Virus record (IMG/VR): IMGVR_UViG_3300020227_000030
Coordinates: 1-39,384 of that record
Source of the DNA: a virus
Taxonomy: Duplodnaviria > Caudoviricetes
Length of the DNA: 39,384 nucleotides
Direction: 5' to 3' (one strand)
Each line of letters starts with the position of its first letter. The first letter of the stretch is position 1. A program made the position numbers and the translations under genes. Below, piece by piece: positions 1 to 11,163 of the stretch. A model generated the notes under the pieces. It made no database searches, had not been told where the DNA came from, and saw only the letters and a program-made list of their open reading frames with translations.

Positions 1-67
1 AGATTGGTTTTAAATAAGGTTCAGATTTTAATTTAAATAATGCTTTTTTATCTATTCCGTTACTCAC
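1..67 (-). CDS. 5' end of next tail gene, probable BppU-like baseplate protein (partial)
   Basis: AAGGAG RBS then GTG; MSNGIDKKALFKLKSEPYLKPI runs off the window; family from synteny and recollection only. Confidence 0.55.
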   Translation of the reverse strand, partial: MSNGIDKKALFKLKSEPYLKPI

Positions 68-78
68 ATAATCACTCC

Positions 79-2705
79 TTATTTTACTAATACGACAGCA
101 ACGCCGTAACCTTTGTCACTGTCATAAGGTGTTGTTACTTCTAGGACTCGATAGAAACCGTTGTTATTATCTTTTGTTCCTACACCTTTATTAGGCTTGA
201 TGTAGTCATTGACGGATACGGTTGAATCAATACGGGTATAGACTTGACCCATCAATCCTACGACGTTCCATTCTGGCCGTTGCGCTCGGTCAATATAATC
301 TTCTTTTTCAACAAAATCAGGATTAGGGATTGGAACCTCTACTTCTTCTGAATACCAATTACCTTCGTCATCACACCATGCTTTTGTTTGCCACTCTGTT
401 TGTGTCACACCAAATTCATCTTTTAAGAACTTATCTTTGTGATGGAACATTTGGTCACCCAATACAACACCGGCGGTCCCTGAGATAACACCAATAGGTG
501 TATCGTTTGTGTTCGCTTTACGGATATATCTGCCATCTAACGTAACCATATAGCCATTTTTTATTTCTCGACCACTTTGAGATTCGAAATACTCAGCATA
601 GTCACCAAAGTTTTGTCCAGATGACACGGTGCCTTTGGTCTTAATATTCCCACTAATTGTAGCCATATCAATCGTAGTATTTTCATACTTAGCACCATCT
701 GTACCATAACCCATTTGCCACGAATAATTCCCTCGTGATTTAACACCACGGCTATTAACAATCGTTTGGCAATAAGCGCCAGGTAACGTTTCAGACTCTA
801 AGGAGTTTGTAACTGAACTACGTGAGCCGTGAGCATGTGAACCTGCACCAACACCTGCTAGCCAAGAACGGTCACTATGAGCGTAAGAATTACCAGTAGT
901 AGCTATAACAGCTGAACGTTCAGCAATTGCTGCTGCACCTGTTGAACCACCACTGAACCCACCTTTAACTGCTGTTGGTACAAATCTATAAGCTTTATTA
1001 GTAATGTAAGCTGCATTGTTGTAATTCTCAGCATTTACTCCTATAACTTCAGCTGTGTTGTTGTATAGTTCTAATCCATTACCTGTTCCTTGTCCTTGTA
1101 GGTTGGCATTGATAATACGTAAATCATAAATACCTCCGCCACCTGCAATACCTCTATTTGCTGAAGAATTCCAAATGTTAACGTTACTGATGGTAATTTT
1201 CTTACCTCTGTTACCTCCACCGAATATTTTTATATCTGCTAGTGAGTTCTTAAATCCAGTAATATTTATGTTATTCAACATAATGTTGTTAGACATGAAC
1301 TGTACTGCTACAACTGGCATGTTAGCTGTATACGTTCCATCTCCAACTGCTGTATAACCATTAACTTGTACGTTTCTGTAACCACTAATAACTAATGCAC
1401 GTGGTGTCGTTCCTGGATATACTTTGTTGTCGTACGGTGTGATAGAAGAACAGTTATTCATTATGACACTGTGAGCTGTTTTAGATTTAGGGTCTCCTGC
1501 TCTGTGGTGGCCAATGTGTCTAATATTGTAAGAACGGCTATCTTTAATAGACATGTGATTAGAAATCATAACGTTATTAGGAGCTGATGCAGTAGCATGC
1601 GCTTTAACTTCCACACCACCATAGTTTTCTTCAGTCATATTATTATCTAACATGACATGTTGTGAACCATCATCGATTTCAATTCCATTATTGTTACCAC
1701 CGCCTGTAGCATGGTGTGAATAGTTATTTGTGATAACCAAATATCTTGAATGGTGAGTCGTAATACCATCATCACCAAAGCCACTTGCTTCACAGTTATC
1801 AATATGAATGTAACTACTTTCTAGCTCTTCATTAACTCTTACACCGTCGCCTTCATAGAAATAATCGTCACTAGCATACGTAATATCAATGCCATGTAGT
1901 AATGCATCTACTGATTTTATATTACTTGCAAATCCATGTTTAACACCTGCAAATCTAACATTAGAAGAACGTGAGCCACCTGCAGCTTTGAACTTTTTAT
2001 CTTGTCTCCACTTGTTACCATTAACTGTAAAATCTTTAATCCCAATGTTTTTGCGTTCCCTGTCATATCTTCATTGGTAATTACGATATTTTCGGCGGGT
2101 GTTTCATCTGCAAATTTAATTGTCGTAATATCTTTGCCTTCACCTGATAGTACAGTGTTATTTGGTAATCTGATGCCAGTTACTTTGTAAGTCCCAGCAG
2201 TCATATGAACGTGAACGTTTCCACCTTTTACAGCTTCTTTAAATGCATCCGTCGAGTCTTGTTCTCCTGTAGGGTCTGCCCCGTAATCAATAACATTTAC
2301 AATCCGTTCAACCTTTTTATTAAGATAATTAAAGTTTTCTCCCATCTTGTTTTTAATGATTTCAAAGTCGTATTTTAAACGTTTGGATAATATAGGTTGA
2401 TTAGTACCATCTAAAGCCGTTCTACTGTCCTTAAGTTCTTCGATACCATCGCCATTATGACCAATAATCAAGCCTTCAATGCGTCCATCTTGATTCTGTA
2501 ATTCATCATGAACAGTTGAAAGCTTATAGTCTATTTGTTTTGCATTATGTGCGTGTTTATCAGTGGTTTGATGGTCTTTAATAATATCTATGACTTGCCC
2601 ATAAAAATATTGCACATCTTTAAAATTCTCGACAACCATTTGTCTAAACTTTTGACCTAGATCAATCGGGAAATTGATTTTTAATTTCATTTTCTTTAAT
2701 TTCAT
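79..2705 (-). pseudogene. Tailspike/pre-neck appendage-like protein (beta-helix plus C-terminal peptidase G2 autocleaving chaperone), interrupted by a 1-nt frameshift
   Basis: VNVIDYGADPTG pectate-lyase-like start; DYAEYFES and RPEWNVVGLMGQV C-terminal motifs; adding one A at the A5 tract (2048-2052) joins ORFs 1917-2705 and 79-1740 into 875 aa with no stop. Confidence 0.8.
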
Positions 2706-2718
2706 CTTTTCACCCTTC

Positions 2719-3288
2719 CTATTCTAACCATGTGAATTCTTGATACACCCAATTCGTTTTGCTTTGGTCATCTGGGTGAACATAAGCCATCACCTTGCCA
2801 TTTTTTAAGCATTCAATTGTAATTGGGTGACGATAGCCATTTTGTCTTGCGATAAAGGATTGATTATCCGTGACAAAGCCTGTAGGTAGTTGTGCAATCT
2901 GCATAGATGCTCCTGTTATTTCGGATACATTCAGCCTGATAGAACGAACCACAAAATGTTTACCGATAAGTTCATTACCAGCTCTTACTTCACGAATGCC
3001 ACATTTAAAACCTGAATTAACAGCTTTATTTTTCATGTCTGGTGGTACTTGATACTCAATCCAACCGGTATCGCCTATCATGTCCGATATAGTCTCATTA
3101 AGTAGTTTTAAAACTTTATCTTGGTCTTGAATCAAATTTTTAAGTTCTACTATCTTATCGTCGAGTTCTGTTAAATTAGTATCTATGCCATCTTTATCTA
3201 TACCTTGAACCCCGTTTATATGCGTTGCAGCAAAATAAGGTTCGCCATTTTCATCTAATGGGTATTTTATTTCGGTTGGTTCAATCAT
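2719..3288 (-). CDS. Minor tail/baseplate protein with coiled coil
   Basis: 189-aa ORF overlapping the Tal stop; position in tail module. Confidence 0.7.
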   Translation of the reverse strand: MIEPTEIKYPLDENGEPYFAATHINGVQGIDKDGIDTNLTELDDKIVELKNLIQDQDKVLKLLNETISDMIGDTGWIEYQVPPDMKNKAVNSGFKCGIREVRAGNELIGKHFVVRSIRLNVSEITGASMQIAQLPTGFVTDNQSFIARQNGYRHPITIECLKNGKVMAYVHPDDQSKTNWVYQEFTWLE

Positions 3289-4870
3289 CCACTAACACAC
3301 TCCCTATTGAATCTGATGCCAATCGAGGCATAGAAAAAGACGACCCACCAAGTGACCCGCCTTTAACTAAATTATTCATTTTTTTAATATTCCTACTGAT
3401 ACCTTGTTGTATTTTTATAATATCTGCAGGAGAGTTACTAAAATCAACTTCTACCGGTTCATTAACTATAGGATGTGAGGCTGTTAATTTAACTACTTTC
3501 AAATCAATGTCATAGCCTAATGGTTGATGGATAAAATGAATCATATAGTTTTCTTTAATATCATTTTCACCTATATAATGTTTGTCTTCCACAGAACCTA
3601 AATAATTTGTAGAAACTTCGACGGTCGGTTCGTCCTGTAATTGACTTTTCACACTCTTTAACACTTCATCTTTGTTTAATGCCTTATCATCAAAAACTGT
3701 AGGTGCTTCAGCGTGACCAAACACATCATAATTAGGAGATTTATATTCAACATATGCGCTATACATATCAGAACCCTTAAGAACTGCTGTAAGGTTAAGC
3801 ACTGTCGATTTCTCTGTAGCAACATACATACAAGGTTCTGACTTTTTATAATCAACGCCTTTTTTAGCACCTTTAAATACTGCTTTAAATGTATGGTTGC
3901 CTCTAGACAATCCTTTTTTAATAACAATTTTTTCAGTCGTTGAGTTTTTGCTATAGCATTCGTAGGTGTCTACTTTTTCATCATCTAAATAAACATCAAG
4001 CACTCCACCTTTAGACATTTTCTTTAATGTCCATTCAAGTGTTTCATTACCATGTTTACACTCAAATGTCTTGCTATAACTCGCTCCCACTTTTTCAGTA
4101 CGCCAAGTACCGTCCTTGATAAACGAACCAGAATAATTTAAATCCTTAGGTTTGATAGGATTGTAATTTTTAGTTTCTGCTTTTGTTTTCTTTTTACCGT
4201 AACCTTTACCAATCGTTTTTAAGTCAGTTGTTGTTGTTGTGGCTTCTATCTCACTTGAATTGTATTGATAAATTAATGGTGTGTTGGACATTTCATAGAA
4301 AGTGTTGTTATCGTAAATATAAATTTTCTTATTATCTGCGAAATAAATATAATCGAATAATTCGGCACCCTCTGTTAAAAATTCCATACCATTTTTATTA
4401 CCTAATTCTTCTACGGGAACACGTTGGTCAAAATCACCTTTGATTTCATAACTAAAATTTAATTTATTGCCTTTAAAACCAAATTCAAGATATTGTTCTA
4501 AAGTCATTGTTGGAACACTATCATCGTCTTCTTCTTCATCGTTGTTCATTTCTTCATCTTCCAAATCTTTCTCAATATAATGATTTTGAAATTCCATAAA
4601 TATATGTTTTGCCGTCACTTCGTTCGTGATGTTTATACCATCATATTTAATAGATGTTGATTTAATAACATATTCTTGCCCCTTCCAAACTAATAGCATT
4701 TCATTCAATATGTTGTCGAAAACATGAGCGTTTTGTGATGTTTTGAAAATTGTAAAACTAATTGACCGCTCATTATTCTTTTCGTACTCATATTTAAACG
4801 AATCAAAATCAAAATCAGTAACAATTTCACCAAATGTATTGTTTCTATTTTTTAAAACTAATGCATCCAA
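3281..4870 (-). CDS. Tal-like baseplate hub (prophage endopeptidase tail family) with inserted beta-sandwich domain
   Basis: Follows Dit; YEKNNERSISFT and FADNKKIYIY family-like motifs. Confidence 0.8.
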   Translation of the reverse strand: MDALVLKNRNNTFGEIVTDFDFDSFKYEYEKNNERSISFTIFKTSQNAHVFDNILNEMLLVWKGQEYVIKSTSIKYDGINITNEVTAKHIFMEFQNHYIEKDLEDEEMNNDEEEDDDSVPTMTLEQYLEFGFKGNKLNFSYEIKGDFDQRVPVEELGNKNGMEFLTEGAELFDYIYFADNKKIYIYDNNTFYEMSNTPLIYQYNSSEIEATTTTTDLKTIGKGYGKKKTKAETKNYNPIKPKDLNYSGSFIKDGTWRTEKVGASYSKTFECKHGNETLEWTLKKMSKGGVLDVYLDDEKVDTYECYSKNSTTEKIVIKKGLSRGNHTFKAVFKGAKKGVDYKKSEPCMYVATEKSTVLNLTAVLKGSDMYSAYVEYKSPNYDVFGHAEAPTVFDDKALNKDEVLKSVKSQLQDEPTVEVSTNYLGSVEDKHYIGENDIKENYMIHFIHQPLGYDIDLKVVKLTASHPIVNEPVEVDFSNSPADIIKIQQGISRNIKKMNNLVKGGSLGGSSFSMPRLASDSIGSVLVDD

Positions 4871-4879
4871 TTAATTCAC

Positions 4880-5707
4880 CTACCTATATATAAAAGGGAA
4901 TATCCATTGCGTTTTAGCATCTCCAATATTCTCTCCTGTTATTTCAATATCATTAAATCCTTTTGCTAATGTGAGCCATTGCCAATTAGTATTAATGCCA
5001 ACTGGCTTATTACCTATAAAAGGATGCACACCAATAATGGTAAGTGTTTGGTTTTTCTTAATCGCTTTTTTATATTCGAAAGTTTTTCCTGTTGTTTTAT
5101 TTTTTAATTTAAAACCTTTTGGCGCGTCTATATTAATAATCAATTTGAATTTATGTCTAATGTGAGGGTCGATAGTATCCGTTGAACCGTTATAAATTCT
5201 AAAGCTTGTTGTATTATGAACATACTTAACTTCATCATTTGTTATTAATCCACTTTCAAACTGCCAATCACCACTCGACAAACTAAATTTATCTGTTTCT
5301 TTATAAGACTCTGAATAACCTTTCCAAACACTAAAAGATATTTCGAACTCACCGTATCTTGTGCCTATATCTTTAATTGAATTTTCCTCTGTATATACAG
5401 CATACTTTTTACCTGGCATATCTGAATGCCAAATATAAAAAGCATCCCTTCTAAAAAGGATGCTTCGGAGTTTTTGTTTAAGTAATTTATAGTCGTTAGT
5501 ATCAGTACCAGTATAAAAGAAACGTAACACTAATTTAAAAGGACCGAACGTCGCCGGTCCTAACAATACACCATCTGTTCCGTTGATTTCTTGAGTATTT
5601 GCGTTTACTTCAACACCTTCCTCATCGAAATCCAAAAACTTTAATCGTGGTATATCGGTCAATACTGTATTTAGATTATCATTAAAAATTTTAACTTCTT
5701 TCTCCAT
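4880..5707 (-). CDS. Distal tail protein (Dit)
   Basis: Directly after tape measure; INGTDG, IYNGST and LAKGFNDIEI motifs. Confidence 0.85.
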   Translation of the reverse strand: MEKEVKIFNDNLNTVLTDIPRLKFLDFDEEGVEVNANTQEINGTDGVLLGPATFGPFKLVLRFFYTGTDTNDYKLLKQKLRSILFRRDAFYIWHSDMPGKKYAVYTEENSIKDIGTRYGEFEISFSVWKGYSESYKETDKFSLSSGDWQFESGLITNDEVKYVHNTTSFRIYNGSTDTIDPHIRHKFKLIINIDAPKGFKLKNKTTGKTFEYKKAIKKNQTLTIIGVHPFIGNKPVGINTNWQWLTLAKGFNDIEITGENIGDAKTQWIFPFIYR

Positions 5708-8700
5708 TAAACAAATGCACCTCCCGAATTAAACGACTCCATTATCGCTTTTTTTCCTTGTTGTTTACTTATATTTCTCTCACTGGTACCTTTAGGTTGC
5801 TTTTCTATATTCATTACTGCAGATAGCATTTGTTTTAACACGTCAATTGTTTCATCCTGTCTTTCTATTTGCTGTGCCATCAATTCTATCTCTCTACTAT
5901 TACTAGTACTGCTAGATTTACCATATCTATTAGGCACTTGGTTAGGACGTTTGTTATTATCTTTACCTCTTAGATTTTCTTGAACATATCCCATGAGTTT
6001 CATAGTATCTGTAGCTCTTTTAGGGTCCATAGACATCATTACTTCTTCGTGGCCATCTTCAGCTAGATTATATAACCCATCAGTTCTAATAATTCCACCT
6101 GTAGCAAATTTACGCGCGCCAGTTGGTCCCCAACCGCCGTTAGGGTTGTAATCTGATTTCCAATTTTTATTATTGAAGAAAGCTAACAATTGATCGTAAC
6201 CAGATTTGATATTTGTATGGCCTTTTTTAGCATAATCTTTGAAAGTACTAGGTACATATTGAAGTAACCCTTGGGCTTCATTGCCACCGCTGTTAATATC
6301 TTGGATTTGTTGAGTAATTTTAGGGTCTCCACCTGATTCTGCGTTGATTAATGAAGCAATGCCGTTAACATCGCTCTTACTCACACTCACGCCCATTTCT
6401 TTAGCTGCTTTTCTAATATCAGACTTCCATTTAGAAGCCGATTTGTTTTGACTTCCTCCTTTAAGAGATTTTAACCATTTCATTGGGTCTACTGCTGTCT
6501 CATTGGAAGGATAGCCTTTCATACGTTGGATGTGCAGGTGAGGAGTAGTTGAGTTACCAGTACTACCTGATTTACCAATTTCATCGCCAGCTTCGACTTT
6601 CTGACCTTTCTTAGCTTTAACTCCACCGTTCATAAGGTGCATGTACCATTGATACCATTTGCCACCTGGTTCTTTAATGGTAATTTGGTTACCACCACCT
6701 CCAGCAACTGCACCAGCTTGTGTAACAGTACCATCGGTTAATGCTTTTATACTTGTGCCCGTAGGCATTCCAAAATCGACACCATAGTGTTTACCACCAT
6801 TGAACATTAAGCCACCTGTATAGTTACCAAATGTTTGGAGAATGTCGTGTTTCAACAACCAACCAGAATCTCCGTCTCCACCTTCAAGCTCATCAAACCA
6901 ACCTGCTATTAAATCTTTAACAGAGTTCTTGAGACCTTTGTAACCAAAGTCCATTGTTCCACTCATAGCTTCCCCTGTTACATTTGAGAAATCCACACCA
7001 AAGAATTTCATGGTTTTATCTACGAGTTTCATCGGATTCTTAACATACTCCATTACATCACCGATAGCTTTATCGAAAGCTTTCTTAGCTTTACCTGCTA
7101 AGTCTTTCCCGCCTTCAATTAAACTAGTACCTGCATCTTTAGCTTTATGAAAACCTTTAGAAGCTGTATCTTTAACTTTATTTGCTCCACCACTAATAGC
7201 TCCAAAGAGCTCATCTTTTATAGTACCTTTAGATAGGTGTGGCATTAATGATTTAGACCGCGCACCATTTATAACGCCGTCTCCACGTTTAAGGCTTACC
7301 TTCTTATTATTACCTCTAGGCTGTTCAATCTTGCCACTTCTACGGTAAATAAGTTCTTTGTGACCGTTTGGACCTTTGCCATTACCAATACCTTTATCAT
7401 TAACAATAGCTTTAGTTCCTTTAGTCAATCTACCTTGAGAATCAGTTTTAACACCTGGGTTAGCATCTGTGCCAGTTGAGAGTTTAGGAATGCTCTTCTT
7501 GATAAGTTTTTTCTTCATTATTTTTTTAGACAGACTATTTATCCCATCAATCATTGCATTTAATCCTGATATAGCTCCATTTGCCACGCCTTTACCAAGA
7601 CTTGTAGCTACTTTCTTGAATCCATCTTTAGCTTTTTTAATGAAGTTTTTAAGTTTATTTAACCACTCAACGCCTTTGTCATACATGGCTTTAAAACCTT
7701 TAACCACACCGTCTTTAGCTCCAGAAGCTAAATTAACAACAGATTTTTTAAGAGATTTCCACTTATCAACTACAGAGTTTTTAATGTTTTGTGTAATATT
7801 CTTAGCTGTTTTGAATAAAGAATTAAATATACCTTTAATTCCTGACCACAAGCTTTTAGCAACATTAACAACTGTTTTCTTCAAAATTTGCCATAATTTC
7901 ACAACTGCATTTTTTAATGACGTTGTAATGTTTTGCAAATTCTTTTTCATGCCTGAGAAATTTCCTCGTAATGCATTACTTAACGCCTTAGCGATATTTA
8001 CCACTACAGTTTTCAAAGTTTTGAATATAACAGACACTGCTTTTTGTAATCCGGAGAAAATAGATTTAACTATTTTAGACATCATTCTAAATGTTTGAGG
8101 TACAATTTTTTGAATTAATTTAACCGGATTTGTTACTGCTAATTTGATATTCGACCATATAGCTTTGGTGAATTTCCAGATACCGTTAAAAATAGCTTTT
8201 GTAAAATTAGATACAGAAGTAAATATTTTTTTCACTATTCCCCAAATAGCATTTAGTACTGTTGAAAATGTGCCTTTAACGCCATTTAACGAGCCAGAAA
8301 CCACGCCTTTAATAAGGGTTAGTCCAGCTTTAAATAATCCGAATATTTTTCCGACGAACCAAAGTTGTACTAGGTTCCAAACGAATTTCAAAGCACCGAA
8401 GAATATTTGCTTTATACCTTCCCACATTTTCGAGAAATCACCAGTAAATAATCCAATGAATACTTTAACGACACCCATAATCATATCTAAGGCTCCGGTA
8501 ATTACACCTTTAATGGCTTCCCAAGTTGAAGTAATTATATATTTTACTATCGCCCAACCAGATTTAAAAATTCCTTGAATTGCTGGCATCATAAATTGTA
8601 TAAATGATAAAATGCCACCAAAGATACCTTTAAATAATGAACCAATCCCAGATAACAATGGCTTTATGAATGTCCACATGGCCATAAAACCAGTTTTAAT

Positions 8701-10470
8701 ATTATTCAAAGCCTCCATAAACTGTGGGCCATTTTCTTGCCAAAATTGACCTAGACTTTTACTAATTTCACGACCGAAAGAAGCAAAAGCATTAATAATC
8801 GGATCTAAAACAACTTTTATACCAGCCCATAACGCCTTAGCTCCATTTACAACACCTTCGAATGCACCGTTAACTATATTTCTAAATGTTTCAGATTTTT
8901 TATATGCAATTACTAGCGCTGTTCCTAGACCTACTATCGCTGCAACAGTTAGACCTACTGGACCAGTGAGCGCTCCTAATACAGCACCTAGTTTAGGAGC
9001 TATGTTAGTAATACCACCAAGTAATGAACCAGCTGTTTTTGCTTCGGGTCCAACCTTCCCTAAGAATCCTAAGAACTTACCAAAAGGACCAAAGATACCG
9101 CCTACAGCTTTACCTAGCATACTAAATACTTTAAGCAAAGGACCCACAGCAACTAACGTTATACCAGCATATTTTGCTAAACTCCCTAACGTTTGTTGTG
9201 TAGAACCATCTAAACTTTTCCACCACCCAATAACGCTTTTGATACCGTTAGCAATAGTTGTAAATGCATTTGCTAATTTTATACCTGTTTCGTCTGCCCA
9301 TTTTTGAATAGAATCAGATTGCATTATATCTTCAAATTCTCTTAATGAGCCTTTAGCTTGTTGAAAGGTTCCACTTAGTAAACCTTCGCCTATTTGACCT
9401 ATATATGCCTTAGTATTCGAAACTAATCCTTGCCATGATTTAGCATATTCTTTCGACATTTTGCCAGCGAATGTATCCATAGTAGACATGAATTGTTCAG
9501 AGGAAACCTCTCCAGCTGACACTTTTTCTCTGAACTCCTCTAAAGATACTCCCATATCTTTTGCCATAGCTTGAGAAAATCCTGACATACCATCTTCAAC
9601 GCTGTTTAACTCTTCGGTCATCAATTTACCTTGACCTTGTACACGATTGAATATAGTAGCCATGTCACCAACATCTCTACCAGAACCCACTGCTGCAGAA
9701 CCTACTAATTGAATATATTTCTCTAAATCTTTACCTTCTTTAACACCAGCCGCCAAACCACCGGCTGCAATATCTACACCTTCACCTAACTTTATAGTAG
9801 TACCTTTGACTGCCTCAGTCACTTGGTCAGTAATTGTGCCTACTTCTTTGGCAGAATAACCCAAACCTTTTAACTTGGCTTGAGCTGTATCTAAACTAAC
9901 TAGCCTATCAAAACCAAGTTTACCGACCATTGCTCCTAAAGCACCACCAGCAATCACTGCAGGTTTAGTAATCTTGTTAGTTAAAGAGGTACCAACTTCA
10001 CCCATTTTCTGTGATATGCTTGTGATATCATTACCTATATTTTGAAAGCTTTTACCTATTTTAGTAAAACTAGAATTATCAATCGCTTGATTCTTTTTAA
10101 ATTGTTCTAGTCCTTTGTTTGCAGAATCTAACTCTCTTTTAAGAAATCCAAGCTCTTTTTCTTGTTCTGATATACTCTTTTGTAAACCTAAAGCTTCATT
10201 ACTAGCGTACCCTTGTGCATCTCCAACTTTATGATATTCTCTTGTCATTTCTTTCAAGTTTTTCTCTGACGCTTCTTGGGCTTGTTCTAGTTGGCTTATA
10301 TGTTTTTTATAAGAGTCTATACTTTTTTCGCCATAAGTAAATTCTTTATTAGATGAGTTAATTTCTGACTTCAGTGTGTTAAATGATTTTTTAATATTGG
10401 CAACTGTTCGTTCGATGCCCATATCTTTCATAGACATCTCTATACGCATACTTCTAATGTCTTCTGCCAA
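5707..10470 (-). CDS. Tape measure protein with M23 peptidase and lytic transglycosylase domains
   Basis: About 1590 aa with aromatic periodic repeats; HYGVDFG and HLH (M23); AESGGDP and AQGLLQY (SLT); TTG start at 10470 chosen from upstream AGGTGA RBS. Confidence 0.95.
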   Translation of the reverse strand: MAEDIRSMRIEMSMKDMGIERTVANIKKSFNTLKSEINSSNKEFTYGEKSIDSYKKHISQLEQAQEASEKNLKEMTREYHKVGDAQGYASNEALGLQKSISEQEKELGFLKRELDSANKGLEQFKKNQAIDNSSFTKIGKSFQNIGNDITSISQKMGEVGTSLTNKITKPAVIAGGALGAMVGKLGFDRLVSLDTAQAKLKGLGYSAKEVGTITDQVTEAVKGTTIKLGEGVDIAAGGLAAGVKEGKDLEKYIQLVGSAAVGSGRDVGDMATIFNRVQGQGKLMTEELNSVEDGMSGFSQAMAKDMGVSLEEFREKVSAGEVSSEQFMSTMDTFAGKMSKEYAKSWQGLVSNTKAYIGQIGEGLLSGTFQQAKGSLREFEDIMQSDSIQKWADETGIKLANAFTTIANGIKSVIGWWKSLDGSTQQTLGSLAKYAGITLVAVGPLLKVFSMLGKAVGGIFGPFGKFLGFLGKVGPEAKTAGSLLGGITNIAPKLGAVLGALTGPVGLTVAAIVGLGTALVIAYKKSETFRNIVNGAFEGVVNGAKALWAGIKVVLDPIINAFASFGREISKSLGQFWQENGPQFMEALNNIKTGFMAMWTFIKPLLSGIGSLFKGIFGGILSFIQFMMPAIQGIFKSGWAIVKYIITSTWEAIKGVITGALDMIMGVVKVFIGLFTGDFSKMWEGIKQIFFGALKFVWNLVQLWFVGKIFGLFKAGLTLIKGVVSGSLNGVKGTFSTVLNAIWGIVKKIFTSVSNFTKAIFNGIWKFTKAIWSNIKLAVTNPVKLIQKIVPQTFRMMSKIVKSIFSGLQKAVSVIFKTLKTVVVNIAKALSNALRGNFSGMKKNLQNITTSLKNAVVKLWQILKKTVVNVAKSLWSGIKGIFNSLFKTAKNITQNIKNSVVDKWKSLKKSVVNLASGAKDGVVKGFKAMYDKGVEWLNKLKNFIKKAKDGFKKVATSLGKGVANGAISGLNAMIDGINSLSKKIMKKKLIKKSIPKLSTGTDANPGVKTDSQGRLTKGTKAIVNDKGIGNGKGPNGHKELIYRRSGKIEQPRGNNKKVSLKRGDGVINGARSKSLMPHLSKGTIKDELFGAISGGANKVKDTASKGFHKAKDAGTSLIEGGKDLAGKAKKAFDKAIGDVMEYVKNPMKLVDKTMKFFGVDFSNVTGEAMSGTMDFGYKGLKNSVKDLIAGWFDELEGGDGDSGWLLKHDILQTFGNYTGGLMFNGGKHYGVDFGMPTGTSIKALTDGTVTQAGAVAGGGGNQITIKEPGGKWYQWYMHLMNGGVKAKKGQKVEAGDEIGKSGSTGNSTTPHLHIQRMKGYPSNETAVDPMKWLKSLKGGSQNKSASKWKSDIRKAAKEMGVSVSKSDVNGIASLINAESGGDPKITQQIQDINSGGNEAQGLLQYVPSTFKDYAKKGHTNIKSGYDQLLAFFNNKNWKSDYNPNGGWGPTGARKFATGGIIRTDGLYNLAEDGHEEVMMSMDPKRATDTMKLMGYVQENLRGKDNNKRPNQVPNRYGKSSSTSNSREIELMAQQIERQDETIDVLKQMLSAVMNIEKQPKGTSERNISKQQGKKAIMESFNSGGAFV

Positions 10471-10512
10471 TGCTTTCACCTGCCTTTAATGTTTTGTTTA
10501 TTTGCTAGAAAA

Positions 10513-10605
10513 TTAAATAAGAAATGCATCTAGCATTGATTTACATTTGTAATTAGTAGGAGCAGTTAAGAAAGCATGGATCATACTATTACTTTCATTA
10601 CTCAT
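10513..10605 (-). CDS. 30-aa micro-ORF MSNESNSMIHAFLTAPTNYKCKSMLDAFLI
   Basis: Strong AGGAAGGGGTGA RBS; fills the chaperone-TMP gap; repeats the SMxxAF motif of the upstream gene. Confidence 0.6.
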   Translation of the reverse strand: MSNESNSMIHAFLTAPTNYKCKSMLDAFLI

Positions 10606-10627
10606 GAATATCACCCCTTCCTAATCA

Positions 10628-11149
10628 CTAAGACATACCGAAAGCATCAAACATGGAATCCACATGTTGTGTCTTCTTGGTTTCTCCATTCAACTCATCG
10701 AAGACAAAATAAAAAGGCATATCAAGTACAGTGTTAACTGATTGATTGCCGTCTTTTGTCATATCTCTGATTTGCGCTTTAAGGTTGTTTTTGTGGTCTT
10801 CCCAACTATTAACTTTAGTTGCTTTAACATCATTACTAACCTTTTCGTCTATATGTCGACCTTTAGCAACAAATGTGATTTGTTCTATGAGTTCTCGCAT
10901 CGCATTATGACTTGATAAACCATGAATGAGTTGATTTTTAGTGAATTGTTCATCGTAAATCCTAACGACTAAATCTAGCATTTGATGCAGTTGGTCGTTA
11001 TTCATTTTTGAATTTGTAGAGGCTAGGAATGAGGCACATTCATATACTAGAGAGAATTTGATTGTTGGACGTGTAACGAAAGTTTCTTTACGTATAGAGT
11101 TGCCTATTTTGTCAAACTCGGTAACTAGCACAATTTTATTGCTTTTCAT
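10628..11149 (-). CDS. Tail assembly chaperone, GT-like (G domain plus in-frame T extension)
   Basis: N-terminal part paralogous to 11164-11523; C-terminal VLDMPFYFV and SMFDAF; lies before TMP. Confidence 0.75.
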   Translation of the reverse strand: MKSNKIVLVTEFDKIGNSIRKETFVTRPTIKFSLVYECASFLASTNSKMNNDQLHQMLDLVVRIYDEQFTKNQLIHGLSSHNAMRELIEQITFVAKGRHIDEKVSNDVKATKVNSWEDHKNNLKAQIRDMTKDGNQSVNTVLDMPFYFVFDELNGETKKTQHVDSMFDAFGMS

Positions 11150-11163
11150 TCCTTACACACTCC

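Noticed and set aside
79-1740. 553-aa ORF as a separate gene
   Set aside because: The frame is open upstream to the frameshift near 2049 and the TTG lacks an RBS
7469-9307. Plus-strand ORFs of 209, 144 and 113 aa
   Set aside because: Antisense shadows of the tape measure gene with no RBS or family features
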